This document shows, piece after piece, positions 39,871 to 54,642 of a stretch of 64,000 bases of DNA; positions within the stretch are counted from its first letter, which is position 1; each line of letters begins with the position of its first letter. The stretch is from Camelus dromedarius. Taxonomy: Eukaryota. The notes below the pieces were generated by a model. That model was not told where the DNA came from and searched no databases. It was given only the letters and a program-made list of their open reading frames with translations. The DNA lies in assembly GCF_036321535.1 (NCBI RefSeq), contig NC_087437.1, positions 28,212,001-28,276,000 on the forward strand, written 5' to 3'. A program made the translations under genes and the position numbers.

Positions 39871-41449
39871 AGCGTGTGAATGCTCTAATGGTACCTTGAC
39901 CAATGCAAGCTTCTCCTTTAAAAAAAATTAAAAGTAATTTACCGATCTTTAGTCTGCGTGTCCAATTTCTAAGTTGAAATGCATGAAGATGACTAAAAGA
40001 GGGGACTTTTGGAAAGACTAATATAAAGATCTTACAACCTAGAGAAGGTGAATGTAAAAGCAAAAGAGGAAAAAAATTTTTTAAAATTATTAGAAAAATA
40101 AGTTAAAATGAGGGAAAGTGGAGTATCAACTTTATTTTAACAGCTATTCTTGTAAATCTCTGCATTTTCAGTGTTATTTTTTAATACCCTGGATTTTTCT
40201 GGCAAGTAGACTGTCTTTCCTTCCAAAACATCACACAGGAAATGCCTTTCATTGTATACTCCAGGGTTTCCAGGTCCAAGGCTTTCATTAGTCTCAGCAG
40301 TTATATACCCAAATTTACCCTCTAGGTTCTAAGATCAGTATAGGATCAGAGATGCTCCTGCCCATGTGAATTCATTTATTACTTAATCCTGAATCCATTT
40401 TACTTCTTCATTAAAAGTTTCATTCTTCTGAAACTTGAGAATCAAGGCACTTTCTACTCATGTTACATGTCATGGAAATTTACACTAAAAACATTAAGTT
40501 AAAAAACCAAATTTATGTAGGTGTACAAAGTGTGATGTGTTTCCTAAGGCTGATCTGAATTAAAAGTACTCTAGCTTTGAAATAAATACAAAAATATGAC
40601 TTCTAATTGTACAGGAACAATTTTAACAGAATACCAAATCAATTTGAACCATTATATTAAAATATGTAATTTTATTTTCCAGATGAATGAATAAAAACTA
40701 CTTTGTTATCTCACTTATAGTTACCTTAAAATTCAGCTGCTTTTGGTACTGCGATCCCAAATCAAAGTTAAAAACGTATTTTTCTGAGTATTGCATTTAA
40801 AGATTACCAAAATGATATTTTAATAGGAACACAATTAACATCTCATAAGAAATTAATACAAATGTGTCTGTTCTGTCGTTATAATTCACTAAAGTCATAA
40901 AGTAATACTACTTTAAATTATTTAATTACTATTTAAATTATTTAATTGTTTTTCCTTAAGGATTTATTTAAATATGTATACTTTTCACTGCAGCAGATGA
41001 AAGAACATAATTCTTATTCCCCAAAATGTCACTTCACTGCACAACAGAGGTGAAGTACCAAAAAGACCCCCTTCCCCCCAAAAGTAGATGAATATTGTAC
41101 AACTTTTTAAAAATGTATATATACGTATAATTGGAAAGTGATAGGGAATGGTGCTCAAGAGGAGATATGTAGAAAAAATAAAAAACTCTAAAATAATAAT
41201 TAAAGAGCTTTATTATTTAACTCTGAAAAAATGTTGAGGTTTTTAATAGCAAAGAAAAATCTAGCAGAGAAAAGTCTTGTTTTCTTTTCAGCATTGGCTT
41301 TGACTGTGAAAATAGTCAATGTCTTTGATGTCTTCAGGGACCACTGTTCAAAATGTAAGACTGTCAAATATATCATTAAATAAAGATATTTAGGGAAAAG
41401 AACATCCTATTCAGTTACATTATATATATTCAATTTCAATTTGCATAGT

Positions 41450-41812
41450 GAAATACATTGAAATCCTAACCCTCAATGTGATGGTATTAGGAAGTGGGCT
41501 CAGTGTGATGGTATTAGAGGGTGGCCTTTGGAAGGAAAGTAGGTGATGAAAGTGAAACGTTCATGAATGGGGTAGTATCCTTATAAAAGGGACACCAGAA
41601 AGCCCTCTTGCCCTTTTCCCCATGTGAGGATACAACGAGAAGTCAGACCTCTGCAACCTTGTGAAAGAGAGCCCTCACCAGAAGCTGACCACACTGGCAC
41701 TGTGATCTCAAACTTCCAGCCTCCAGCCTCCAGAACTTTAAGATCAACTTTTGTTGCTTAAAAGCCACCTAGTCTATGGTACTTTTTATAGCAGCCCAAC
41801 TTGACTAAGACA
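41450..41812 (+). mobile_element. MLT1A-like MaLR LTR with internal tandem duplication
   Basis: 'ttgaaatcctaaccctcaatgtgatggtattagga' (motif duplicated); ends 'tatagcagcccaacttgactaagaca'. Confidence 0.85.
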
Positions 41813-42477
41813 CCATCATGCATTATTCCCTTTTCATATGAAGAAAAGCTACTGTTTCTTGAAATTGCCTCTCATACTAAATTCTCTGTGTCTTATAGTT
41901 TACCAGGTATTTCTTAGAGTATCTAGCTAGACAATCATACTTACTGCAAATAATTTTAATTATATTTTCTCTTCTAGTTTTTATGCCACTCTTCTCTTTT
42001 GTAATTAAATGTAACATTCTACCAGGATGACATTAAATTTCATGATAATATTGATGGAAGTACTCCTAGTATTTTATAGTTAAGCATGATTCTATATTTC
42101 TTAGAAATACATTTTTGCCATGTTAAAAAATACTCATTTTTGTTAATTAAAAGTTTCTACCAGGAAGAAAGTTGAATTCTATCAAAAACCTTTTTATTTG
42201 AAATCTTTGGTGGGAGGTAATGAAGAAAATTAATAGATTTCCAGATATTAGTTATCATTGCCTTCCTAAGATCAAATACAATTGGCTGGGGTATATAGCT
42301 CAATTAATATGCTGCTACATTCTATCTGGGATTAATTTCTTTAACATTTCCGTTACTATATATAAGAAGAACTACTTTGAAATTTTTTCAGTACCTAACA
42401 GAATGTTAACATTGACATTTTTGACAAAGCACTAAGATAAAATATAATGTACTAGACATTCCTATATTCCAAAGTAG

Positions 42478-43625
42478 GTGTTATACCTCATGTAAGATTT
42501 GTAGTAAAAACATCCCTAAGCTGGCAACACAACTCTTAAAGCCCTATATCTCCTTGAGGAATATAAATGATTGAGAGTTGATATCAGAGAGAAAGTTCTG
42601 TAAAAAAAATAATATTTTGAGAGCATTAGCAATGTGTTGGGAATCTCAGTCCCAGAGCAGGAAAGACTTGGGCAGTGTCTGGTTCTTGTGGTGAAAGGAA
42701 TTTTAAAGAAGCTACTTAAAAAGCTTTAGTTGTGTTTCCTCCAAATTTGTAACTCATCCCTGAAAAAGCTCAAGTGATCCTTGAATGAAGGCTGAAACTG
42801 GGAAGTTACTTCTTTCTCTCCAAAAGTGAGTCAAATGTGGATTAATCATGGTGACCATATATGTCCCAAGTAGAAGTGTCATCCTGGGATTATTTTAAGT
42901 ATGCCCCATCCAAGAAGGCTTGCCTCTTTAGGGCGAGAAGTATCAGCTGGCAAGGATACAGGGTATTCATCCCAGAAGAAGATCCTCTATGAGTGGAGAT
43001 AGACCTGACAAAGCAAAGGCCCTATCCATGGTACAGGAGTTGTAGAAAAAGGTACTCAACAGAGAATTCTTAAGAAACGCCCCCAAAGTGCCCAATAAGT
43101 GGAAAAAAAAAAAAAAACTTTAAATATCTGTAATTTCTAGAAATCACATGGAGATATCTCAGATAGGTAGAAAAAGTCAAATATGAGCTTTCCTACTAGC
43201 CTTACCTCTTCTCTCACACTTAAGTCTTCTCTCGTTTCCACCCTACCTACTTTGACTCTGATGGTGTTGGATTAAGAGATTTTAAGTGGAACAAGAAGTT
43301 AATGAGAAAGAAAGAAAAAGAACTAAACACCTGCCTTCTCCTTTAAATAGTCAGCCCAAAGAAAGCCCCAGCTGGAAGGGAAAGAATAAGATTTAACTTA
43401 AATTGACTTCAAAATGTTGATAATTACACCAGACTGGATGTTTAAAAGATCTGCAATTTAAAGGAATGGTCAGAAAGTAATGGCATCTAGTTCTACTTTT
43501 TCTTCCAGAAGCATAGAAAGGACAGTGCTCACTTTAAGCAGGTTTAAAAGAATGATGAGAGTCAAAAGTACATTTGCTTTTTTAATTACATACTAAGAGT
43601 TCTTCGTGTTCAATGTACAGTTAGA
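42478..43625 (+). mobile_element. LTR78-like old LTR inserted in a degraded L1
   Basis: 3' end 'tttaattacatactaagagttcttcgtgttcaatgtacagttaga' resembles the LTR78 terminus; L1-like sequence on both sides. Confidence 0.45.
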
Positions 43626-44015
43626 TATTGGTTTTGTATCCATAAAATGCAGTCTCCAAGAGAGCATTTAGAAGTTTTTCTTCTTTCTTGGAGCTTTAGA
43701 AGAGTTTTTATAGACACCTAAACCACCTTTGTGGGATCACAGGGGATAATTGCCTATTTACTTTTCTTCTCTCCTTAGAAATCATTTTTTGAGGAGACCC
43801 AGAAACTTATGTGATCTATTTATTGTTCAGAGACCTCTGTCTTCTTGACCCTCGTTGTAATATCTTAACTTTGCTATTATTACTCACCTTCCAAAGACCA
43901 CCAGAAAAGCATGGTGGTCAACTAAAATTAAATTCATTATACCTATTCTATTAAGGGAAAACTTTACCTTGACAGAGTCTTAGAGGTATCTGAGAGGCGA
44001 ACATCAAGAGAAATA

Positions 44016-44361
44016 AATGTAGTAGTGTATATTTGCTAATCCCAAACTTCTAATTTATCCCTTTCTCCCCACCGTTCCCCTTTGGTAACCATAAGCTTGT
44101 TTCCTATATCTTTGAGTCTATTTCTGTTTTGTAAATAAGTTCATTCTTTATTCTTTTTTTTAGATTCCACATGTAAGTGATATCATATGATATTTGTCTT
44201 TCTCTGTCTAACTTACTTCACTTAGTATAATAATATCTAGGTCCAAAGGCCTTATTTTTTAATATAAAATAGATAAACAAAAAGGACCTACTCTGTAGCA
44301 CAGGGAGCTGTGTCCTGTTCACTATCTTGTAATAACCTGTAATAGAAAAGAATCTGAAAAG

Positions 44362-44422
<61 letters not shown>

Positions 44423-44518
44423 ACTGAATCACTTTGCTATGCACCTGAAATGAACACAACATTGTAAATCAACTATACTTCAATTTTAAAAAAGTTATTT
44501 TCAAAACAAATAATAAAA
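44016..44518 (+). mobile_element. L1 3' end with 5' inversion and internal (AT)n
   Basis: Antisense part 44017-44245, sense 3'UTR ~44262-44518; TSD aagagaaata at 44006-44015 and 44519-44528. Confidence 0.88.
44364..44419. repeat. (AT)28 microsatellite
   Basis: Directly visible, uninterrupted. Confidence 0.97.
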
Positions 44519-46035
44519 AAGAGAAATACAGGGTTTTAGGGCCTCCATTGTATCACTGTAATTTGCATCTTAAAGGGTAAGAAAACAGCTGTAATCAGGC
44601 AAAGTTGATGATTGGTGAGCACAGCAAAGTGAGGGTGAAAGAAGATTTTTTAAGTAGGTCTTGATGAGCCAGCTCTGAGTCAGATTAGTAAACTATCTTA
44701 GTTGTTTCACACTATTATCTATCAAGCGTAAATTTTTCCTGAAGCAGTAGCTAAAAATTTTTGGCTTCTTAATATTGTTTAAATGTGACTAAATAAGTAT
44801 GCTCAATCACAGAATTTTTAAGATCCATACAGAAAAATATGTTTAGTCCCAGTATTATTTAACATAAGTAAAGGACTTGTGTTGGTTCTAGTTCTCAAAT
44901 TCAGTCCCACAGATTTAACTCATAGAAAAGGAAGTGTTTTGGAGTTACAAGAAGGAGTTATACACCCTTAATGATTATGCCTCATTGAAAGAACACACAG
45001 CAACGTCAGGTAGCATGGGATTTGTTTGATTGGTTGCAGATTGACAACTCTCAGTATTCCTGGGATTCATAAATGACTTTAGAAATAGCTTATCATGGCA
45101 AAAGATAATACCCTAAGCCTAAGAAACAGACCTTTTCCTTTACTGAGAGTTTTTCCTTCTTACAAAAAGAGAATTTGAGCTCCTTGCCCCCACTGCTTCC
45201 ATGAAGGGCATCTATTGGGCAGAGTTCTTGCCAAGCTTTTCAGAAATAGTTGCCCACCTGTCCTTTCTGCTCAGCCCACACAATAGCATGAGAATAAAAA
45301 GATGAAAAAGGAAAAAAAGTAAGAGAAAGAAATAAAATAGTTCACCAGAAGTATAAGGAAATCATCTCATTAAATTATGAAATCTAAATCGCAGTTCAGT
45401 GTTTTCTGGAATAAAATAAAAATCACAGACTTTTCATCAAGACAGAAACAGAAGGCTACCACCACTGAGTCTGTCATGTAAACTTTCACCTTGATGTTTT
45501 GATCATACTATGTCTCTGGCACATGCCCCCATTTCTGATCCAAGTAGCTGGTTCAGGGGAGCCATTTTTCTTTCACCTACAATGCCAAAGCTGGAGCCAT
45601 AACATCTAATAAAGAATCAGCTGATATCGTGTTCTACAGAATGTTTCTGGGAAATTGAGACGTCAGGACCCAGTCTGTTTAGTGTAAGTTTCCAAAGGAA
45701 TTTATGTATCTATTCTGGATTGCAAAAACTGCCATTCTGGAAATTTGCCATGAATTGTCCAGTAGCACATTATCCACAAGGTCTGAATGAAGACACACTT
45801 AATGTATGTGAGACCCAGATGCTAAATTCTACTCAAAACTCTGCAAATTAATAAAGCTGAATTACCCTACATTCATAAAAACATATTTAGTTACTTAAAC
45901 AACATTAATCAACATGAATCTACCATTTGTTGCAAATGTTATTTAAAGCAATTTAAAGGCATAATTTTAAGTGCAATTTAATATTTATCTCAAATCATTT
46001 TTATCTTCTTAAACTTCTTATCCTTAATAAGTCAT

Positions 46036-46178
46036 GGGGGAATGTCATAGCTCAAGTGGTAGAGCGCATGCTCAGCACCCAAGAGGTCCCAGGTTCAATC
46101 CCCAGTACCTCCTCCAAGTGGAAATCAATGAAGAAACCTAATTACCTCCCCCTCAGAAATCAAACAATACAAGCAAAA
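46036..46178 (+). mobile_element. vic-1-type SINE
   Basis: 'gggggaatgtcatagctcaagtggtagagcgcatgctcagcacccaagaggtcccaggttcaatccccagtacctcc...aaacctaattacctcccc' plus A-rich tail. Confidence 0.9.
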
Positions 46179-46271
46179 TGTGTGCTTTCATTTGCTCCAC
46201 AAATCTGTCTCATCCTAAATAACAAGTCAGATTACAAAGATGCACCTGGTAATCTGTCCAGTCATCCAGCA

Positions 46272-46385
46272 CAGAGTTTCATAATACTTTGGGGCTGGAT
46301 AATTTTCTGTTGTAGGGGGCTGTCCTATGCATTGTAGGATATTTAGGAACCCAGGGGAGGAGCAACTCTCAGTTGAGAACTGCTG
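46272..46385. mobile_element. MER20 DNA transposon, internally deleted
   Basis: 'ttggggctggataattttctgttgtaggggg ctgtcctatgcattgtaggatatttag...agttgagaactgctg'. Confidence 0.75.
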
Positions 46386-47719
46386 TAGCAGAACATTGTC
46401 TTCCCAGATTGCATATCTTGCAGCAGCTTCTGTCTCAATCCTAGGGAGCCCACTGATTATCACAGATTATGTCTAAACTAACTGATTCTTAGTTTACCTT
46501 TCCACCTTCTTCCATACTCTAACATACATGACAGGAAAGAAAAGGTTAAGGGGTTGAGATACATCTAGGAGCACCTGTGTATTTGTTTTCTTCAGTTAGC
46601 AAGTGTTATTTTCCTGCCAGAGGACTTAGCTCAATACTTTCTTCCACCCCTTAGAATCAGTTATGAGTTCTACATTATAGTTCCATGTCCAATTCCAATA
46701 GAAAGATCCTACTAACCAAGACCTATCTGCATAAAATGTTGTTCTCAGTGACAAATTTTATCAGTTTAATACTGTGTCTTACACAAAACAAACCATTCTG
46801 AACACAATAAAAGCATTATTTTTGAATTGAAATTTATCTTGAGTTCGTGAGAGGCTGTTATTGGGAAATCATGACGGCTGTTCACTCTAGACTGAACTGC
46901 TAGTCAGGAAGAGTCACGAATTCCCCATTTTCCGTTCTCTGAGTGCTTCCCGCATTCCCGTGTGGGTGATTTATGCAGTGGCAGAGTGAGTCTGATTTTC
47001 CTCCTGCTTCACTTTCAAATTGCAGCATGAATATTTTCAGATCTTGATTGGTGGTTCACAAAAATTGTAGTTAGTTTCTTATTTCAGGAAAATCTTTCAC
47101 TGAAATGTTTAGCTTTTTAAACAAATCTTTGCACAACTTACATTTTCAGCTTGTTTAGTAGTGGCAGAATATTCAGGCAGAATACCTGAATACATTTGGA
47201 GTGAGAGGGGAATTAGAAAGAAAAGAGGTAGCAGCCAAAGGCATAGCCCTTCAATGGGCTAGATGTCTCTCTGTCCACTACCAAAAACTAAAATCTATGG
47301 CATAATTTCCTTGAGATGTATTTCACATAAATAAATGCAGTGTGATAGAACAGCAACTGTGATAGACCAATGAGAAACTTGACTTCACTCCTTAAGACAC
47401 TTAGTGTCTCTTTGTTCTATTCATAAATAAAGGTAAATAATTTTCATTAATCTATTCAATAAGAATTTATTAAACATCTAATATGAGTCAAACATATTTT
47501 GCGCTTAGAACACAAATTGTGGAAGATTTCTAGGTTGCCTACATAAATATTAATATATTAATATTCAAAAATAATTCATTTGATAAGCAAAATATTATAC
47601 AGATAAAGCTTTCAGCATAAAATATAAATCAAAACATGAGAGCTTAGCAATTAATGACAATAGTCTCTGAGTATGAATTATATAGGATTATGCAAATTTA
47701 TGTGCTATATTTATATACA

Positions 47720-48400
47720 TAAAACTTGCCCTAAAAACGTAAAAGACAACCTGAATAAATGGTGAGAAATATCATGTCTTTCCATAGGAAGGCTTAATAT
47801 TATCCAGTTCCACATCAATTTATACAATTAAAGTAAAAACTCCTAAGGAGCAGAGAAGGGAGGTATCTAATACTTTGGTTATATTCAGTGTGATACTAAG
47901 TCGAGAATATTTTAGAAATATTTATTAACTCTAAAATGATCATATCCTTGACATAGCATTTTTCATTTCTAGATATTTATCCTACAGAAATAAGTGCCAA
48001 AGTATAATAATACATATCTATAAAAATATTCACTTCTGCTTTGTTTTGAGAGCTAAGAGTTGAAATTTCCAGCAATAGGGAAAAATCTCTGATGGGCGCA
48101 TTTTAATGGAGTAACATGAAGCCATTAAAAATAGAGATACAGCTAAATTACCATCATGAAAAAAGGTTCAAAATATATTGCTAAATGAAAAAAAAAAGTC
48201 AAATTTCAGAGTAGTATGCATTGTGTGACATTTTTCTGTAAAAATAGGTCAGTAGCAGTATTAGCATATGTACAGTAAAAAAGCTGAAGGACTGTATAGC
48301 CAGTAACTAAAGGGGTGGGATTATGGAGGACTTTTCTTTATTTTATTAATTTCCGTAACGTTTGAATTTTAACTTTTTCTTACTTTTGTAAATAGAAAAA
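47720..48400 (+). mobile_element. Old L1M (L1ME-like) fragment
   Basis: 'gacatagcatttttcatttctagatatttatcctacagaaata', 'gccattaaaaat'. Confidence 0.6.
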
Positions 48401-50196
48401 TTAAGACAGTATGAAAATGTGTGTCAATAACTGCCTTCATCATGATTTGATGTTAGAAAAATTATGGATCAATTTTTGCTTGTTCTGTTTTTATATCAGT
48501 TAGAACTTACAAGCTGAGTAGCATTAACACTGTTAAACATTGTTATCCCAAGTTGTTCCTTAAATAGTTTTTAATGTCTTCCCTTGGAGAAAACATGAGC
48601 TGCTACAGAATAAGTTTGTCTAAACAAAGATGATTTAAGAACTTGTATTGTAAGGCTTACACTCATGGAGTATTTGACATATTTCTCTACAAATTTACCA
48701 GGAGTTGAACATTTTTCAGTTTCATTTTTTAATGACTGTATCTGTGTATAATTGCATTGTAAATGACTGTGATGAATTACTGGAAATTTTTCCTTGACTT
48801 CTTTGCTGTTTTTTTTTTTCCCACTGAATTTTGATGTCTTTGAATTCATTAGGTAGGAAAAGGAACCCATGAAACCCTAATGTAGTTGGATAGTTGCTCT
48901 ACTAATTACAGGATAGAAAATGTGAATTATAATTACTTGACTTTAGAGAATGCTAAAGATGAGACCATCCTATATATTGGCCAAAACAAGTGGTTCGGAA
49001 ATCTTTTAAAAATCTTTTTTACATCTCCAAAATATCAGCCAAGGTGATACATGGTAACATCAGCATTTCTTTAGCCTTTATTGCAAGTGCTTTGTTTACT
49101 TCCTACTAACACATGACACAGACTTCAGGAAACTTGTTTAAGTTGGCTAAGACAAATAAGCTTTCACTACAGAAAGTTACGTGTAAGATTTCCTTATGAG
49201 CATGCTAATCCTGGTGCATTGTACTCTAGTCTAATGATATGCTGAGATTAAAATGCATGAAAAGCACTTTTTGGCAAAATAGAGAAAGTCTGAATTATGC
49301 AGGGTAAATTGAATAGGCTCAAGAGTGCTTTGTGATGTTCTTTACAAGCTCATGACATTATTGTCTTTAGCACCATTAGCATTATCTTGCCATCCTTTAG
49401 CCAATAAGGCAATAGGAAAAACTTCAGTGTTACAGAATAAACAATAGGAATGTTGTACAGACCGTTAGTCATTGGAATGAAATATTTATGCACTTGTATA
49501 TATAAGGAACATCACCAATTGTACCTTCATGGTGGTCCAGGTCCAAATCTAAATATATGTGCCAATGCCATTTTGTCTGTTGCTAGATTTTTAAATAAAA
49601 TAAAGGCAAAGTTGAATTTTAGTAAAATTCTGCTTCTTGGCCAAAGCAACCACACTTAAATTCTTAAAGCATTATTCTTAAATATGTTAGCCCGTTCAAT
49701 GGCCACTTCTCAGTTCATACATTCCCACTATAGCCCAAGGGTCCCAATGGAACTTACTGGTAGGATAAACTTAGCTTTACTAAGCCTGTTATTTGATCAT
49801 ATAGACCAGGCTTCTAGCCTGTCCTTGGAATTTAAAAATGGTTTTTCAGAGTAGATGTCATCAGGGCAGAAGAATAAAAAAATTCCATTAGAGGGTCTAG
49901 TATGTACAAAGATTTAGAATGAAGAGAAAGAAGTTCAAAATGGATTGAACACAGAATTCTGTGTCTTTAATTCACTAACCTATTATATTCCCAAGGGTAA
50001 AAATAAGATTATAAATTTATATTTTCACTTTTTAATTTCCTGAAACCATCAGGCTCTTCATATAAATACTGTTTTCAGGAAAATAAAATAACATGTTGAT
50101 AATTATATTCCTTTAGGGAGGAGTCAAGGAAAATAGTGATTACACTTAAACTGTGCTCCATCCAGAGAACAGGTAGATGTTAACAGTTTGAGATAG

Positions 50197-50531
50197 CGTA
50201 TGAATTTCCTAGGGCTCCTGTAACAAAATACCACACATTGGGTCCATGCCGATCTCCTAGCTTCTGGTGATGGCCAACGGCCCTTGCAGATACATCACTT
50301 CAGCCTTCACATGGCATTCTCCCTGTGTGTTTGTGTCTTCATATGGCAGTCTTCTTGTAAGTAAGCACACCAGTCATATTGGATTAGTGGCCCACTCTAC
50401 TCCAGTATGACCTCATCTTAATTAAGTATATGTGCATTGACCTTATTTCAAAATACGGTCACATTCTGAGATACTGGGGGTTACAACTTAAAAATATCTT
50501 TTTTTCTGGAGAATGCAATTAAACCCACAAA
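50197..50531 (-). mobile_element. MLT1C-like MaLR LTR
   Basis: 'cctagggctcctgtaacaaaataccaca', 'accagtcatattggattag...tccagtatgacctcatcttaatt...ggtcacattctgagatactgggggtta'. Confidence 0.85.
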
Positions 50532-53282
50532 AGGGGAAGATCACTGTAGACAGATGGAGAGAATTTATGAAAAATGGTACAGATGCTTAAAACTATTCAA
50601 GAAATTTCAGTAGAATGTTGTGATTGGAGCTTCAGGTGAGAGAGCAGAAATGAAGAAGTTAAGCAAGGTGTGGGTCAGACTATTAGGGCTTGGAGTCCAG
50701 CAGTGATGATTGTGGGCTTGGTGTAACAGGGAGCCATCAAAATTCCGTTTGCAAAGAAGAATGTGGTCTGTGTTTACTTCTCCAGGATCAGGTACTCAGG
50801 CAGGGATTGGAGAAGATTCAATTAATATTTCTTTTTATTTTTCAAGTTTCTTTAAAATCAAGGCCTTTTGGCAATCCTCTTTATAACTTTTTTTAAGTTC
50901 TGCAATATATTTCCACTTATATTAATGTTTAAACATAAATTTCTCCTGAGTACACCTGCTCCAGAATCCTGGGTCTCCTCTTATAAAAGAATAATACAAA
51001 AGATCAGTGCTGCTTCCATGTTTTTGTTTTTCAAACATAAAATTCAGCAATGCAAAGAAAGAAAAAAGTATATGAAAAAACTACAGCTTTTTGACAAAAC
51101 TTTCTGTATCTTTACTCAAATATCATAGGATACATAGAAAATTCATACATAAAGCATAGTTACAATATGTAAACACATTTAAATCACAATGCAAATATAA
51201 TGTATTATTATTAGTATATTACATTAGTATTATAGCATTATGTTTACCTTTAGAAGTGTTAATTTTTTAAAAATTTATCCTTTATAATTGTGCGGCAAAG
51301 GCACTAAAAAGAAAAAACCCGAGTTAAGAAATATCCGTAGATCATATTGTTGCTCCAAATTAATTTCAGTGGATGGACATGTGGTGATTGATTCCAAGTG
51401 CTTTGAGTGTCCATAGAGTGATAGTTTGTGCTCACAACTTTCTGGAAACTGGTCTGTGAGTTAAAAGACAGGAAGATAATCAAATTTGGCTTAATTGATA
51501 TCATGGAAGGGACCTGACTCTGACGAGCTTTGATGTCTCTTCTCTCTTAGGCTCTCCTAACTCAGTCAACTCAGTTGGAAAGAGTAGTGTCTGCTATCTA
51601 GGCAGGGTCTGGTTTACAAGTATTAACAATGAAAGCAAAGAAATGGACTTGGTGTTCAAAGGGCTAATCCGCATGTGAGCTTGGCCTGTACAATAAGAAA
51701 GGAGCTATTTCCATATCATCACAGGACCAGGAACAGCCAGGCTTTGACAGGGCATCGAAAATGTGGGGCGTCTTGCTGGTACCTATTGTACTCTTGTCAC
51801 AGACCTTGAAGCCAGTGGGCTTGGATAAATACAAAACTGGGCTTCACGTGGTGCCCTTCCATTACACACATGTCAATATGTGGAGATTTCCACCTAAGAG
51901 GAAGCCATGAAAAATGGAAATTCAACATATGGTCAATGAGAGCTGCAAAAGCCATGGAAAGGAACCGTTGATCTCCTGAGGCTTTCAGTGGCACTCTTAG
52001 GTAATTGCTTAATTGAAATTTTATTCCTTTCATTGAACCTCACAGCAAGAGTGAATCTACAATTATAAAGCAGGTTTTGATATTTCATTCCTGTCCTTTA
52101 TACCAATGTTGGTGAAGATGGAGCATTAATTAAGAGAAGCTACAAAACAAATTGATCTGGAGGGGAAGAAAAGGGAGCAATGTGAGAGTGCATGAATGTG
52201 ATTTAAAGAGGGGAAATCAGAAGCAGCACAGAAGAATTTTCTTTTCCCATCATATTGCTAACAGCAACAGAGGAAAATAGTTTACTGAAAAAGACTTCAT
52301 CCTTTATGGGTAGATAAAAGGAGCAATGATGACAATAATTACAGTAAAAATTTTTTTTAAATCATAGTCCAAATTTTGTTATTTATAGGCCAAGTGACTG
52401 GAGCAATTTACTTTACCCCTAAGAGCCTCAAATACCTATAAAAGAGGAATAATAACTGCAAACTGTTTACTTTATAAGATGGTTGTGAAAATAAAGTGAT
52501 TTATAACATGGGAAAGCATGTTGCAAATTCTAAAGCTCGTGTACTCAGGGAACTGAATGACTAATTTAGAGAAGGAGTTAACGATTCATTTATTTTCTAA
52601 TAGTGTGAGGGAGGGAAGTAGGAGCTGGAAAGCAATCAATATACTCCTTATTAATACTCTAACAGAGTTTAGCTTTATAAAACTAGGATGTGATAGAATC
52701 TCAGTTCTTCTGCGACCAGCAATTAGACACAGGAAAGAATTGTAATAGAATTGAATCTTTAAGGTGCTTTTGGACCTTATTTGCGTATGTCCTTAATATG
52801 AATAACTGAAAAGATTGAGTTGGCAGTGTCTCATGCCAACTCTCTGGATCTTAGGCTATTAAGGACATAAATTTATTATTTTATTTGTGAATAATCCCAT
52901 GAGATTGCTGTCCAGCTCTCATTAGTCTCTTGAATGTTCAAAGGCAACATCTGCAAGTAGTTCTGCAAATGAGTGAAATTCGGGGTTTAAATAATTTTCC
53001 CTGTTCTATACAAGTAAGTATACTCTTCTTAGGAAATGGAACAAAATAAAACTGGTTTAAATGAAAATGACAGAAAGGGCCAGCTAGGAGAAGACAGATT
53101 TTCTCAGCCAACCTGAGTCTTTATTTTTTTCTCATCATTACAAATATATCCATGGTTTGAAGACCATAAGAAGCAAATAATTATAAAATAATAAAGAGAT
53201 CACACTGGGCTAATTATAATTTTGCTGGCATATGATACTGAGTAATATTTTGTTAAAATAACCACATTCACATGTTTCTATC

Positions 53283-53790
53283 CGTGGCAGAGCCAACTGG
53301 ATCCCTGCATGCTATCCATTCTTCCCTTCTGCTTTGGGAACAAACAAGCCAATGTTATTTGGAGCAGTGATATGTCTGATAAGAATGTCTTATTTCCCAA
53401 TCTTCCTTTCAGCTACAGGCTTCAATATGACTAAGTCCTGACCAATGAGTTAAAGTGGAAGTTTTGGGAAGAGACTCCTGGAAAGATACCTTAACGGAGT
53501 GATAGCTACCTTTTGCTGTTTTCCTCTTCCCCTTTCTTGCTGTCTGGTAATGGATGGGGAAGCTAGTGCCCCAGCAGCTGTTTGAACAGTGAATTGCTTT
53601 GAGGATGGAAGCTATATACTATGTGATAGTAGAGAAAAAATATAGATAAAGAACATAGTGATTCTGGAATCACCATACCAGCACTAGGTTATATTGAGTT
53701 TTTTAATTTTTTTTATGTTAGAGGGGAAAATGTGATTTTTAAATCTTTTTAAATGTTTTTATAAATGCAGACAACTTAATCTTAACTAAT
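53283..53790 (+). mobile_element. MLT1J-like MaLR LTR
   Basis: 'atatgactaagtcctgaccaatgagttaaagtggaag', 'ttgaggatggaagc'. Confidence 0.7.
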
Positions 53791-54642
53791 ATATAAAAAC
53801 TAGAATATAATTCCTTGAAAGCAGAGGTCTTTTCCATTTTCTTTAGAGCCTAAGATACAGGGAGGCCCATAATAGAGGCTAAAAATATTTGTTAAATTGA
53901 ACACCTGAATCTAAAGCTTTACTTTGTATATTATTTGGATAACTATCCTCTCTACCTCTTCTGCTCTTTTATAATTTTTCCTGCGTAATTTCCCAAATTA
54001 TTTCCTCTGTTGCCTTTTTGTTTACGCTTCCACTGTTCCTAAAATTGATCACTGTAGTTATCTTATTCCTTCTTATTTAGATAATAGTCTGTCCCAATGG
54101 GAAAAAAAGTGAGCAAAATATAAATCCAAAGGACATGAACATTTTTCTTTGTTATTTTCTTTCAAATTGGGTTTAAATAGAGACCAAGAAGATGGGCCAC
54201 TATATTATTCTTTAATCATGTTCCCACTTAAAAAGATAATTATAGCTCTGTCTTCCCAGATGTAAAATAATTATTTCCTACATTCTTATAAATGTTTTAT
54301 AATGGAGCTATGACCTGAAAACGTGGATTCAAGTTTTATAGTCACTGAGAACTAAATTTGAAAACATCATGGTTTATACATTGAGTGGGTCAGTGGGGGA
54401 TATATTTGCAAGAAAGTCTGAAGACCCCATGAGAAAATGACAAATCAAGTTGGAGGGTTGGTCCCAAATATTAAAATTTCCAGTCAGTCAAGAAACAAGA
54501 ATCACCTCCTAGTTTCCAAGGAAAATTGTAAATGGGAAAATAATTTGTACTAGAAAAGGGGAAATGAATTAAATGCCCTCAGCTGATTTTATAAGAAACG
54601 TGATTCTCTGTCATTCATATTGCAGAGCCCTATGCATTTGAT

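Larger units (their letters stand above)
43855..44897 (-). mobile_element. Old ERV1-type LTR (MER110-like), interrupted by L1
   Basis: Right end reads TGAGAACTAGAACCAAC on the minus strand; left boundary uncertain. Confidence 0.4.

Noticed and set aside
46036..46112. tRNA-Ala-like gene
   Set aside because: Continues into the SINE body and A-rich tail shared with the copies at 6248 and 25954, and the stems are degenerate; it is a SINE.
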